Assembly (NCBI GenBank): GCA_964035545.1
Contig: OZ037773.1
Location: 6,291,751 to 6,355,750 of the forward strand
Origin: Bugula neritina
Lineage: Eukaryota; Animalia; Bryozoa
Reading direction: 5' to 3'
Length of the DNA: 64,000 nucleotides
The first letter of the stretch is position 1. Each line of letters starts with the position of its first letter. Position numbers and translations under genes: made by a program. Positions 27,101 to 48,200 of this stretch are shown here, piece by piece. The notes below the pieces were generated by a model that worked only from the letters and a program-made list of their open reading frames with translations, had not been told where the DNA came from and did not search any database.

Positions 27101-30100
27101 GGTACATAGTTGAGTAGGAATTCCAGCTTATTATGTGTTAAATATAGCTCTAGTGTAGGCTAGCTTTTTGAGTATTTACACCAATCGATCAACCAGTCAC
27201 TAAATAAATCAATATGAACTGTTGGACTCCGAGATTGTGAAAGGACAACTCCTGAGAAAGGATGGTGTAAGGATTTCCTTCTGTGTATCAGTCTATAAGC
27301 AGGGCATATATTCTGCATGTTTAGATGTCTGGACAGGCGTATATCGGTCTACACCACCAGTTAGAACAGAAGACATCCCCCGAATCCTTAAGAGTTGCTT
27401 CCCCTTTACACCGACTGTCCAACTCCCACACTCAGACGTCCTACCAGCCGTCCCCTCCTCCTCTTCCACCTAAACGCAGACACGGTATGTGATGACGTCA
27501 TCTCTCTTAGATGTTGTGATGATGTCATCTCTTAGATGTGATGATGTCATCTCTCTTAGATGTGATGATGTCATCTCTCTTAGATGTGGTGATGTCATTT
27601 CTCTTAAATGATGTGATGATGTCATCTCTCTTAGATGTGATGATGTCATCTCTCTTAGATGTAGAAAGGATGCAGTAAACTCACTACATACCAGTGTTTA
27701 TACTAGTTCATTGTATTAGTATTATTACCAGCATTGTAATGAACTGATAAACTGAAGGAATTCAGATTGGAATATAATTCTGTTTTAATCGAGAGTATTT
27801 ATTATACTGTTTTATGTTGTAGTGGAGTCCTACATGCACGTGTTTGGTGCCGGGGAACTTTCCGAGTTCCACCCAGTAGACAACAATCACTTTAAACAAT
27901 TTTACCTCCACGAGCAAGAGAGGTATGAGCTTGAGCTCTTTCACTCTCGGTCTGCTTTCATGATGGGTGGAATACACGCGTACCCGCAGTCTCACAACTC
28001 GGATATGTGCGTACATCAGGCACAGTTTATGAGTCATCAGAATGCTCTGATTGCCGACAGGGTACGTCTCAAATGTTTATTCGCTTCTCTCACTTTGTCC
28101 TTGAACTATGCATTTAAATAACTCTTCATCAGATGTGTTGAATGTCTTTAAACTTTCTTTTATCTGCTGAAACTGCGTTTTGCGGAATTTTTAACATTTT
28201 TTACCAGTTCTTAGTTTGCGCGAAAATATGTAAATTTTATTTAATTCTTATTATTTGAATTATTGAAACAGTTGTATATTAATTTAAGTTGGAATATATT
28301 TGAAGATTTAAATTTATTTTGGTTTACAATTTGGTATTATTATACTGCGATTGAGTTGAGTTATGTTTCTGTGTTCGTCTGCAGGACGAGCCGGTGACAG
28401 ATGTCAACCTGTTTGCTGTGCAGGCGACAGATGACACTTCAGCAAGGTGCTCCATGTTGCCTGATGACGACGAGGGCGAGGAAGACGACTATGCGGAGCT
28501 GAACCCCCTGGATATGGTGGATGTGAGAGACCTGCTGGTGCGCGACGATGCCTCTGACTCGACGAGTAACTCTTCCAGTGGAACTGGCAGCAAGCAGTCA
28601 GCATTTTCATCGTCTCAGGTCAGTTTTCCTCCGACAGACGTTTGTTAGTCTCTGCAAACAACTAGACCCCACTTAGGAGCAGTAACGGAGAAATTAAGAT
28701 AGCCTAAGTTCTTTAATTTTATTAATGAATTTTGATTTGGAGCGCTGGTTGAAATTCTTGCGAAAACATAACTGCTTATGCTACATTTCTAATCTAGAAC
28801 ACAGGCTTTTCTCAATTTCTTCAATACTGCTCTTAGCCCCGGCAGACAACTAGACCCTGCAAACAACTAGACCCTGCAGATACTAGACCCTGCAAACAAC
28901 TAGACCCTGCAGACAACTAGACCCTGCAGACAACTGGCCCCTGCAGACAACTGGCCCCTGTAGACATTTGGTCCCTGCAGTTGTTGGATATAAACCTGAT
29001 TCTTAGCAAAGCACTGAATATGATGAATATGTATTTAGTGGAGCATCTAGTATAACCTCTTGTCTCTGTTTACTTTTAGAGGTCAAGTAAAATACTCTCT
29101 GGTCTGAAAGGTGGAAGTGTAGATGCTCTTGTTATTTATGCTACGCATGTCGGGAAACACGGTGAGTAATGCTATGTCCAGCTGTTAGCACAGACGATGT
29201 GTTTAATATTCTAATATTTTTATTACAATCACTACGTTTCCAAGCTTGGCATAATGCGTTTCATTCAATGTTTAAAAACAGTTGCATCCAATAAAATCAC
29301 AACCACAAGTTCATCCATATGAGCATCCATTCCCATAATGTGAAGCAATGAAACGCAGTGACTAACTATTTTGCTCTTAAAGCAGCTGTTAACATGGATA
29401 ATGCTAGCCATTGCTTACTGGCTATTTTTAAACCTTTCCATCTTATAGCAAGTAGTTCAGTGCATTTTAAATGTTTTTCTTTTGAATCGGTTGGCCAGTG
29501 TTCAACAGAGAAAAAGTCACTTTTTGTTTGGAGTTGTGAACACCTGTCTCAAAATATCTCTGCGTGCCTCTCACCCACCAAATATAATTACTGTAACTTC
29601 TGTGCACAAGCTGCCTGTAGCCGCTGCCGCTAGTGCTGCCACAACATGTAAATAGTTCTTGCTCTCGTAGATCTATGTGCAGTGGGCAGCTTTCTCTCGC
29701 TGTCACAAGCTGACCTAGATACAGGTAATTTATTGACCTAGATACAGGTGATGTAGTATGACCTAGATACAGGTGATGTAATATGTAGGTCATGCGCTAT
29801 TCTAAATCTCCTTCCAAGGGCTGATAACTCTCCACGTGTGCTTCTCTATGTTTCTAACTGTTTGTTTAGACAAGGCTGTTTATTCGAATGCTTGTGGTTT
29901 AATTCTTTTGTTAAAATTCTTTATTGCTAAAACCATATTTTTATGGTTATTTATAGAGTAGAATAATAATCTAAATATTCTGGAATATATTTCCATTTTT
30001 AAATTAAATTAAAACTTTGGCAGTGAGGATTGTGGGAACAGCCTTGTGTGGTATCGGAATTTCATTTCTATCTATACACGCATGTCATTGATTGCTATGC

Positions 30101-33100
30101 TGTCTTTCTATGATGAAATCATGAAGCTAATGAATATGGTACTAATGCTAAAGTGTGGGTGTTGGAACAGGGGGAAGAGGATTCCATCAAACTCGAAGTG
30201 GTGGCAGTGGCAGATATAGTTAGTGATGGACACTCTTGTTCTTATAATAAGATCAAGATTTATATTCACTTAACTTACAAACTTAGCATCTTAAATTCAA
30301 ATTTGAAAGAATTTCAGCTAATTAGATCTTTCTGTTGCTGCCGCTACTTGTATACGGGGGGGGGGGGAGGGGGAGCCGGTATTTACGTGGCAGTCATAAG
30401 CTGGTTGACACATATTTGTGATAAGGTGGCTGTCCACCCATTTCTAACTCTTTCAACGTCTGTTGATAACAGTTTAGGTGCTCTGTTGGTGAAGGTCTGA
30501 TGATTTGCATGCATGTTCTTGTACTGCAGTCAACTCTGATGGTAGATATATCCTTAAAGATGTTGGCCAACGCCTCATTCAAGCATAATCCTAATCTTAC
30601 TAACATTTTTCTTTTCAACTTCTATTTTTATTGTTAAACTTTTTAAAGTGTCATTTGTTATAGTGGAGGATACACTCTAATTGCAAATCTGGAAGGACTA
30701 GCGCAGCTGTCAATGCAGCTATAATGTGTATTTGTTTTTGTTTATTTATTGTGTCATTTTGAACAATTTATAACTTCTGTATTTTACTCTAAGCAGCCAA
30801 ATTGCTAATGGCAAAACGTTAACAATTCATTTTACATGTATAATATCAACCCCTATATACTACATTCTATATTTTTCATTTGAATCACAGTTTTACATGG
30901 AATTATCTTTTTTTAAACTTTATTTTTCTATGATCATTATGAAACTAGCTTAAAATACTTGGGAATAGTTTATTGATGCCTTATGTCTAGCCTCATCATT
31001 TTTTCTTAAAAAGAAGACAATTTCTGTTGAATGTTAGTAAAAGATGTTGGATTAACATTTATTACTGAATATTTGATAATTTTGTTGTAAATTCTAGACT
31101 TCATGTACCAAGAGGCATTTCTTACCACATATCGTACATTCCTCACTCCCGAGGAATTGATAGATAAGCTGTTGTATCGGTACAATAAGTTCTCACATGC
31201 TCAGGACGTATCTAAGAAAAGATTATCTCGAAATGCTTTTTCACTGCTAGTTCGAGTGGTGGATGAGCTAACGTAAGTATTTCTCTCTCTTGCAGCGATT
31301 CTTTACACTGCTGTGTATTCATGTGATAGAAGAGAAATAACATATTACCTTCCAACAACTCTTTTATTTTGTAAATCTGAATTATGATTAAGTTTATATT
31401 CAGATAAATAAATTGTTGAAACTTTGAGCAGGTGTTTGCAGGTGTTTCAGTGTTTAGATAGTGACTATCCTCTATGACTATTTATAACTAGAAGTATTTG
31501 TGTCTGCTAGTTAGTCTGTGTTCTTATGTAGCATGCTGTCTACTCATTTGTGGGTGTTTCAGGTCTAGTGAACTTGTGTCATCTATAAACCTGAGGTTAC
31601 TAAGGCTAGTGGCAGAGTTGGTAAGGGAGGGGGAGTTGATCCTCGCCAAAATTATGAGACGCAAACTACTAGAAAAATTTGACCCGAACCAGAAGCCAAT
31701 CAAAAAGATTGAGATTGTAGTCTCAGCTCCAAAGTCACCCCTGTAAGTAAAATCACCAGCTACATCTCGGGTGGGGGAGGTAAGATCAAAGGCTTTCTCC
31801 TGGAAAATGATTTGTCAACAAGAGTTCAACTATATTTGTAATGTGCTGCTGGAAAATTAGTTGAAGGAGCTCCAAATTGGAGTTAAATGGGTGCAGTGGG
31901 GTTTGTAGTATACTCTATACTATACTCGGCACCCCCAATTAGGTGCTGCTTCTAGCGATATTCGTGGTACTGTATTGCGAAATACATGTTCTACATCCTA
32001 CAGTGTTATGTAATATATGTGTTGCAGGAGAGAAGCCACTCTCATAGATTTCAAGTCACAAGAGTTGGCAGAGCAGCTGACTTTACTTGAGAATGACTTC
32101 TACCAGAGACTTGAATTACCAGAACTACTTATCTGGTCACGGGAACAGAACGAGGAAAAGTTAGTCTGACTGTCATTTGTTTATATTATATAGTATTCTG
32201 CTGTCATATTACATACTATATAATGTGCTATCATATTATTGATTTCATCATGCATAATTTGCATAACATCTAAACACTTAATATTTCATATGCACTACTA
32301 GTGTTCAAAGGTTCATTTGATCTTTTGAGTCGACTTGCTGTGTATAAATATGCTACTAGTGCATGCTGTAGTGAGCTTTCACATGTACCCTACTCACTGA
32401 CAGGTTTTCACATGTGCTCTACTCAATGACAAGTGCCATACTCACTGACATGTGTCATACTCACTGACACGTGTCATACTCACTGACACGTGCCATACTC
32501 ACTGACATGTGTCATACTCACTGACATGTGTCATACTCACTGACATGTGCTCTACTAACTGATATGTGCTCTACTCACTGACTCGTGCCATACTCGCTGA
32601 CATGTGCTCTATTTACTGACAGGTTTTCACATGTGCTCTACTCACTGACATGTGCCATACTCACTGACATGTGCTCTAATTTGCTGACATGTGCTCTACT
32701 CACTGACACGTGCCACACTCACTGACATGTGCTCTACTCACTGACATGTGCTCTGCTAACTGACATGTGCTCTACTCACTGACTGCTCTAATTTGCTGAC
32801 ATGATTCACAGGTGTCCCAATCTAGTAGAGTTTACAGAACATTTCAACAAAATTTCATGGTGGTGTCGAAATTTGATACTGAAACCTGATGACCCAACAA
32901 CTAGAGAGAAGTACTTCATAAAATTTGTTCACATATTAAAGGTTTGTTGTCATTTTTGGTGAAAACAGAGTGAATTTGAATGCTAGTTCTTAATAGAGTT
33001 TGTAAACCAGCCTGCAACAAATATTGTGCAATAAGTTGCAAGTGTGTGAAGCATGGCGGTTTTGTCAAAAACTGAATCACGTTTGTTAGTCAATTAAAAA

Positions 33101-34496
33101 ATAAAAGAGCAATTATACTCTCAATATTGTAATACCCTGTTTCTTGTTTCCCACTGCCTTGTGTGAAAATATCTAGCAAACATTACTTAGTTGCAGCAAC
33201 CATTACTTAGTTGCAGCAACCATTACTTAGTTGCAGCAACCATTATTTAGTTACAGCAACCGTTACTTAGTTACAGCAACCATTACTTATTAACAGCAAC
33301 TATTACGTCATTACAGCAACCATTACATAACAACCAGTGTACTATACGCTGTGTCTAGACAATCTCAACTATTTAGGCCTCCTTGCTTTATGTTGCAGCA
33401 TCTACGCAAACATAACAACTTTAACTCCCTCTTGGCCCTGCTCAGTGCTCTAGATTCCGCACCCATCAGCCGTCTGGACTGGCCCAAACAGGAAAAGGAA
33501 ATGATACAAGAGTACTTCAGTCTTATTGATTGCACCAGCAGTTTCAAGTCATATCGAATGACCTTAGCAGAGGCCCAACCGCCGTGCATCCCGTATATGT
33601 AAGACTCTAATGCATGACTCCGATATCTACTGATAGTCATTTACTGATAGTCAGTTACTGATAGTCATCAACTGATAGTCATTTACCCGAGAAAAGTTGT
33701 TGTTAGTGAAATTGAGTCATCGCATTAAGTTTCAGAAAAGCATGATAATTTATTTGTATAAGATTTTTCCTTGAAGCTTTTTTTCTCATTTTTAAAGACA
33801 AGTCGGAGCATAACTTGTATGAGAATGCTTAAACTATAATGATGGTTATGCTTTATTGACCAATTAATTTCTATGAAATATCCAAGTATTAACAGAATTT
33901 TGGAGTTGTCATCTTATGGCTGTATAATTTTAGAGGTTTGATTCTCAACGACATGACAATCATAAGGGTAGGAAACACGGCTAAGCTGGCAGACGGGGAT
34001 CTCATCAACTTTCAGATGAGGTGGCAGCTGTTCAACGTGCTAGAGTGTCTTCGCAGGTTCAGGAAACCGTGAGTTTGACTTACCTTTAGTCACACAAAGC
34101 TTAGTGGTGTTTACATTGAGTAATACTGACAACAATGTGTATATAATGTGTGATAGCTTTTGTGGATAGCATATTATGGGAAGGGATCCACTGATGGTGT
34201 CTCTGATATTACTTCACCGTCATCAAAGTGAAATGATTTTAAATTCAATTTGTGTTTTGCTTTCTATACTCTCAGTGGTGCTCATGAAACACATTGATGG
34301 TCTGCTTACACTGTAACCTTACATTGCTGTGGCTCATTATACATGCTAATATATGCCCTTTTTCTCCCTCAGGGTCTACCCCTTCCAAAAAGATCAAAAT
34401 ATTCTACAGTTCCTCGATGACTTCAATGATTACAACTCTAACGATGATGAAATGTGGGAGAGATCCAAGGAGATCAAGCCGACCAGCACTAAATAG
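18197..34496 (+). CDS. RAPGEF1: Rap guanine nucleotide exchange factor 1 (C3G), ~1133 aa
   Basis: 19 phase-consistent exons: 18197-18427, 21685-21860, 22288-22404, 23149-23304, 23750-23962, 24401-24847, 25152-25288, 25670-25803, 27325-27484, 27823-28061, 28385-28618, 29080-29161, 31098-31272, 31563-31742, 32028-32159, 32812-32941, 33399-33598, 33934-34068, 34373-34496 (3402 nt). C3G hallmarks: LLPGSA, LAELIEWSDQVML, Crk-SH3 motifs PPELPVKK and PPPLPPKRRH, SDYDNV, REM domain (GGSVDAL; YQEAFLTTYRTF) and CDC25 domain (ELAEQLTL; PNLVEFTEHFN; NNFNSLLALLSALDSAPISRLDW; PPCIPYIG). A probable non-coding first exon ends at 14519. Confidence 0.95.
18696..18845 (+). mobile_element. tRNA-derived SINE copy with internal deletion
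   Basis: gttagagtgttggcttagtaagcacgaagtcatgggttggaacccc...gttaggaagagcatccaatcataatt joined directly to the tail gggatggcgactataaacttgtg. Confidence 0.75.
19912..20034. mobile_element. MITE family A partial copy (reverse complement of 21994-22125)
   Basis: gatccattaaattcggccac...cacatacataagccacaaaacgg...gagaaatggaaccgtgagatata. Confidence 0.7.
21994..22192. mobile_element. MITE family A copy with terminal inverted repeats
   Basis: Left ctccctctatatcttac and right gtgagatatggagagag. Internal sequence matches 19912-20034 and 46581-46742 in the opposite orientation. Confidence 0.7.
23313..23465. repeat. 27-bp minisatellite (gtactttgactattagtttcactgtta) x~5.5 just after a RAPGEF1 donor
   Basis: Visible tandem units; they produce the TLTISFTV repeat in the ORF track. 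Confidence 0.9.
23602..23752. repeat. 22-bp minisatellite (ctgattctatttatagagcaca) x~7 overlapping a RAPGEF1 acceptor
   Basis: Visible tandem units; the last unit supplies the acceptor AG at 23748-23749. Confidence 0.9.
27488..27662. repeat. ~24-bp minisatellite (gatgtgatgatgtcatctctctta) x~7 just after a donor
   Basis: Tandem units starting a few nt after the GT at 27485. Confidence 0.9.
28676..28833. mobile_element. MITE family C copy (~160 bp; TIR GGAGCAGTA..GAGAAATT..AGCCT)
   Basis: ggagcagtaacggagaaattaagatagcct ... aggcttttctcaatttcttcaatactgctct, TA-flanked. Reverse-complement copy at 56629-56792. Confidence 0.75.
28841..28980. repeat. 17-bp minisatellite (ctgcagacaactagacc) x~8; the first unit (28652-28670) is separated from the rest by MITE C
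   Basis: Visible tandem units. Confidence 0.85.
29229..29361. mobile_element. Small putative MITE with imperfect ~28-bp TIR beginning CACT
   Basis: tcactacgtttccaagcttggcataatg versus the reverse complement of cataatgtgaagcaatgaaacgcagtga; no clear TSD. Confidence 0.4.
32383..32802. repeat. 19-bp minisatellite (tactcactgacatgtgctc) x~20 just before an acceptor
   Basis: Tandem units ending ~9 nt before the AG at 32810-32811; each unit contains a branch-point-like CTGAC. Confidence 0.9.
33181..33327. repeat. 20-bp minisatellite (cattacttagttgcagcaac) x~7
   Basis: Visible tandem units. Confidence 0.9.
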
Positions 34497-35735
34497 CTGT
34501 TATGGGTGGTCTATACCCATCCCTTTAATTTGTTATCGGAACTGTTGTAGATCCCCGGCAATGTATTCTATAAATTAGTGATTCCTCAGGTGTAAATATA
34601 TTCAATATTTTTCTATTAGGTTTTACTTTCCATTGTGTTGCTCTGCTAATGTGACTGTTATGGAAATGTGTTAGAACCCTTTATTCTACCCGTTCATCTT
34701 TTTATGTACCCCACCCCCACCTTACTATGTACCCACCCCCACATTTCTATATACACAACGTACTTATTGAATTTGATAAAGAAATAACGTGCCCTCAGCG
34801 TGTTTCAACCCTTTACAGTAGACCTTCGCAGTCTATCCATCTCTCTACTCTCTAATCCGCTCCGATAGCGTATTATTTTCTTCGTACAATACCATGTAGC
34901 TTGATTATATAATTTTAATTGATTTTTCAATGTATTTTTGTGCATTATTTTACTATTTTATTTCTTTTATGAAAATTTTTTCATTCTACTTAATTTTTGT
35001 GACTTATTGTAGTTAAAAAATTGTAGACTGAAAGGTTTGCTGATGTATAAAGCAAAATTTTTTCCATGACCGCTACTTACTACTACTGTCACTAACTGCT
35101 ACTTAAATTGTAGAACACTTTCCAACTGAAATACTTTTGTTATTGTATTCAGTCATCAGTATGTATGACTGTTTTGTCAAAACTAATGTACGGAAGATGC
35201 TGCTGTATTTAAGATGCTGCTGTATTTAAGATGCTGCTGCAATTGCTTCATTTTTTTCTTTTCAGTAACTATAAAAATAAACTCAATATTTCCTATAGTC
35301 TAATTTTTAGGCTTTGGCTTTTTACTATATGAACTGCTTTTAGACACATCTTGTAACTCTGTAAATATTATTGTACAATAAATGATTGAACTCTTTTGGT
35401 GCATTAGTATCATATAATATAAAATATTATGCTAATCCTTTATATTTAATAAAACTTCTAAAGTTATGGAATGTTTTTTTTTATTATCATCACAACAGAC
35501 AGTATGCACTTTAATTGACATTAATTCAAATTGTATTCTATAAAAGAAAAAAATGTCAAATGCATGTTGTAAATTATTGAGTACAAGATAAATAAATATA
35601 ATGCTGTACTGTGAAAGGCTTCAGTCAATTCTGGTGGAATTATGACAGTAAGACTATGGAATTAAAGATGAACTTATTTTGTAACATCTAAATGTTAGAA
35701 TGATATGCAGCGTTGGCTTGATATTAAAGCAATTC

Positions 35736-43217
<7,482 letters not shown>

Positions 43218-45229
43218 TATGTTTGCTGACACGGTAAAAGCCGACAGCTACAGAGCTCACTGTGAAAGTGTATCATTGCACGTCCACTTTCCGTACACAC
43301 AAGAGCTTCAAAGCCATATAACCAGAAGGAATATACTACTTTGTACTTTAATTACTGCTTATTTTTTAAATATAATTACAGTTCCGTCAAAGGAAGCACG
43401 TCTGGGCACGAGCGAGAGTGCCAGAATCAATATCTGTAGAATTAAATATCAGTAACACGCTATACTGTATAAACTATATACTATATACCGTATATAATTA
43501 TTATTGAGCTGCAGCCTAGATGTAAGAAGTTAATAATATATAAGATGGAGTCATTTACCATCATCTTAACACTCAGAAATTTTAATTACAAATGATGTCC
43601 TTAAAAAGGAAAGATAAAGGTGAACTGCCGTTGCAGATGATACACATACACATCAGGGATATTGTGAACTTAATTACATAGCTATATGATTATATATGTG
43701 CATAAAATATAGGTGCTAGGACAATATATTATAGCATAGTATAATATAAGGCAATATAACATAATGAAATATAATATAATGTAATATACCATAAAATAGT
43801 ATAATATAAGGCACTATAACATAATGAAATATAATATAATGCAATATATACCATAAAATAGTATAATATAATACAGTATAGTATAATGTAATATACTATA
43901 AAATAATATAATATAATGCGCATAAGATAATATTCTAAAGCAATATAACATTATGTTGTGTAGTTTGTCCAAAAAGCCATTTGATTTAGCAATCACAGCT
44001 GATTCATCTCGCATAAATGATTAGTTTTATAAAAAATAACATCAAAATGATTTACAATAAATCCTACACTGTAACTTGGAGCTACACAATAAGTAGAATA
44101 TCCCTTAGACCTTTGCAAAGATGTTGAAATCAGAGAGTATTGTCATTCAGGAAGAATCTGGTGACATACCTACAAGGGAAACAACAAGTCTGAAAGAAAA
44201 AACTCAACAGTGAAAATCATCTCGCCAACCTAACAAACTCAGTTGGTAAAGTTTTCTACCGGCTGTCAACCATATTCATGGCTTGTGCGTCTTGACTAGC
44301 TACAATGTTATAACGTCATAAAGCTTCAAGCTATTTATATTTTTCTTTTTTCTGTTAAAATGTATATGTATTTTTTTTATTAGCTTTGATATAACAAAAC
44401 AAACAAACAACAAGTTTAATGAGTGAGTCAGGAAAATATACTTTGGGCTTATTATTTACTGTTGGTCATGTTTTACTGTATTTTAATTATTATTGATAAA
44501 TATGCATGCCATTGTGTAAAACTAAAATCATATTTTGATCAAAGTGTCTGCACACAGTACTGTCATTGAGTTACCAGGAATGTAGATGCACACACCAATG
44601 TTTGTTATTGTATTTTGGTAACATCTCCTTAATTGTAATTGTTTGCACATTTTGTTGAAGATGCTAGATATTCCTATGTAAAAGCAATTTCTGATCAACA
44701 CATATATTGTAAGTTGCAATTAATGTAAATTTATTTTAGAGTAAGTGATCAAAAGTGATTACCAAGAACTGGTTGCTTGTTGCATTGCTGGTACAGAGAA
44801 ACTCTAGTTAACATTATGTAACCATTATGAGCAAGTTCATTAAACCTGATGCATACAATAAGACATTATTTATACAGTAATACAATCATTGGTATTAATT
44901 AGTAAACAATGCAATAACCAGCTAAACAAGGTTCAAACGGGTTCACAGACGATGACATACCTGCCAATATTATCTTAAATCAATAATTAAATAATTATGT
45001 TTATACGTCAGATGTGCAGTTACTGTTGAGAACAATGACAATTTGGAAGCCATCATTTGTATTGTTTAAGCTGATTGGATCATTTATTTCTTAAATAAGT
45101 CAATAAGAGTTCATGTTATTCTGTGAATTAAATATAGACATGTTGATTACACTGAATGATGAAATATAGAATTCATTATTACACTACAGCTCATCTTTGG
45201 AGTTAGTTGACATATAATTTTAAGACAAA

Positions 45230-48200
45230 ATGCACAAACTGCATTGTATCAAGTATTTAGTTTTGACTCTAGCAGCTTTTTCTGTTATAGTAATATCACT
45301 CTCCAATAATTTGGATAGTCAACAAGGGGGAGAGAACTTCACACAAAGGTAGGAGTTTGACTGTTTACTACATGACAAATGTTTATGATAATATGGTAAT
45401 TAAAGCTTTATAGTTTTATAATTGTATTACAGATAGAATTCTTTTGTAGTACGTTGTTTCAAACCTAGTTGTGTTGCTCGTAGCACAAGTATAATGCAAT
45501 GCGAGAATAGCATAAAGTGTAGTAAATTATAACTTCAAAGCATGTTTTAATGTAGCAGAGTATTCAATATAAGCATTTATATATAATGGCTGAGTCCATA
45601 GGGGTGTCTGAGAATATCGTAAAAATTAACCTATCAGCTAACATAACTATTTAGGCACGTATATATTTTATATATTAATTAAATGGGCTAAAATACTTTA
45701 AAGTTGACGGTACAGCTAATTTTATTTTCCTATAATCTAATCAGACATAAATTATGATATACAAAGGCACAAATAATAATTAAACACTTGTTTACTTTTG
45801 ATGGGAATCTTGTTAGCTAAAGCTATCAGTCATGACAACCGAAATAATGATAGTGCCTTTTTATAATTAAGTTGGTGTAATACAGTACTACAAGGAATAA
45901 ATATAGTATAAGAGTAATAATATAATATAATATATGACTATGAGTACAATATATTACCATGAATAAACTATATTACTATTAGTATAATATGTTATTAGTA
46001 TAATATATTATTACTAATATACAATTATGGGTATAATATATTACTATGAGTACAATATATTACTATGAATACAATATATTACTATAAGTACAATATAATT
46101 ATTACTATGAGTACAATTATTACTATGAGTACAATATATTACTATGAGTAGGTACAATATATTACTATGAGTACAATATATTACTATGAGTACAATATAT
46201 TACTATAAGTACAATATATTACTATGAGTACAATATATTACTATGAGTACAATACATGACTACAACTATAATATTCACAGAGATGAGGAGAAGCATTCCT
46301 TTACTAGTCCACAGCACAAAGAGAAACGCTCAGTACCACTGCTAACAGTTAGAGCTAAAAGAAGCGCTGAACCCAACACCACCTTCAAAGAAACATCAAG
46401 TGTTAGTCTTGGCACGCGTAACGCAGAAATAGCAACTCTGTTCAAACTAGACACACCTCTTCAACTGGATCTTCCATTCAATGCCAGTCAAGTGTTGAAA
46501 TTACAGAAACATCGCAAAAATAAAATTAACCAAGTAAGATGGTGTAAAGTTTTCACAACTATATGTTTTAAGTTTTAAAACGGTCCAGAAACCTCAATTC
46601 GTGGCATATTTAACTCACAGAGTCGTTAAATTCAGCCATTTTGTTCCTATATCCACATACATAAGCTACAAAATGGGAGTCCAAGCCTTTCTCGTGACCT
46701 AATTTATTTCGATAGAAATGGAACCGTGAGATATGGAGAGAGAAAGCTGTGCTATAAACAACATTATTCCACTGAATTGTTTAGCCTTCTTTAAATGATG
46801 TCTAGTTTCAGCTATTTAAAATACTTTTATTTTATTTGAGGTTTAAAACACCTCAAATCTCACATATACAAGTAATTTTTTTTATTCTTTACACCAACAT
46901 TATTGAATCCATTTGCAGGTGTGTGCTGAGCATGTGGCAAAGAGAAAAGAAGACAGTCACGAGAACCGGCTCATAGGTCATGGCAACTGTTACTCTCTCG
47001 TCAACAACAGCATCATGATGTGTCGAATGCCAAAAACAGGTTCCAAAGATATGCTCAGACTACTCTGTGGGTCTCTCGGGCAGCAGTGTGCTCCGGGAAT
47101 ATTCACGTGAGTTGATGGCTTCTTTAGATGCTGAAGTGTATTGTTATATTTTAAACTACTATTTTATTGTATTATGATTACTTATAAAAGCCTATTTATG
47201 CAATGACATATAATTATTGCTGCAGGCAGTGTAACTATCAATGTTGTCAATGCTTGGGAAATTGCTTGATGCAGCACGCAGTTTGGGGTTACTGAGTGTA
47301 GTGGTTGGAGGGTTTGAAGTTTGGGCACCATCACCGGCTTTCCATGTACCGATCTCAGATCGATCTCAGCGAGATCGATCCATGGAAAGACGCCAAAGAT
47401 CGATCTCAGTCGATCTGAGCTGGTCGGTCTGTAGAGCTCGAACTCAGATCGATCTCATGTTAATAAGACCATGGAAAGACGCCAGATCGATCTGAGAAGT
47501 AGAAAAAGACTGCTCGCTACAATGTTGTCTGCTAATAAAAATGATAACTTATTGATAATTACTAAGCAAAGTATTAACTAATCATGATAACCACTTTTTC
47601 AGATGCCAAAACTTTGACTTTCAGTACAATGATTAAGAAAACTCAATTATATGCAGTAGAAGGTAAAAAAATGGGAAAATTTAAATTGAATTTAAATGAC
47701 TATCAAAACTTAGTTTCATTAGCTATTTTCTTTGTAATTTTAAGCCTAACAGTCCTGTAAGTTTATTAATAATCTGCAAGACAGCCATTAATGTTATATA
47801 AGCTGTCAAGCTAAAAAATTAAAATTAATTATTTTAAATTGGCCAAATTACCATACACTGAAAGCTTTGCTGCGTATAGTTTATAGCTGGGATTAAATTT
47901 TAGACTACTACCATCTTGTTTTCAACAGTAGTAGCTTTAATCACTCAAATAGGTGAACAAATTATACTTTTAAAGTATCCTTCACTTAAGAGGAGGCAAC
48001 TTCGCGAGATCGATCTGACACTCTCATGGAAAAACGATCGATCTGAGCACATTTTTCAGATCGATCTCAGCCAGATCGATCTGAGATCGGTACATGGAAA
48101 GCCCGTGCATGTGAATGCAAATAATACTGTACTCAGTCACTACCAACTCGGAGCTGCTTCTAGCAGTCCCCAATGTTTGTTATGTTAGCCTTCATTCTAT

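Noticed and set aside
30153-30618. Intronic ORFs in RAPGEF1 as a nested gene or transposase relic
   Set aside because: No recognisable motifs or consistent splice structure.
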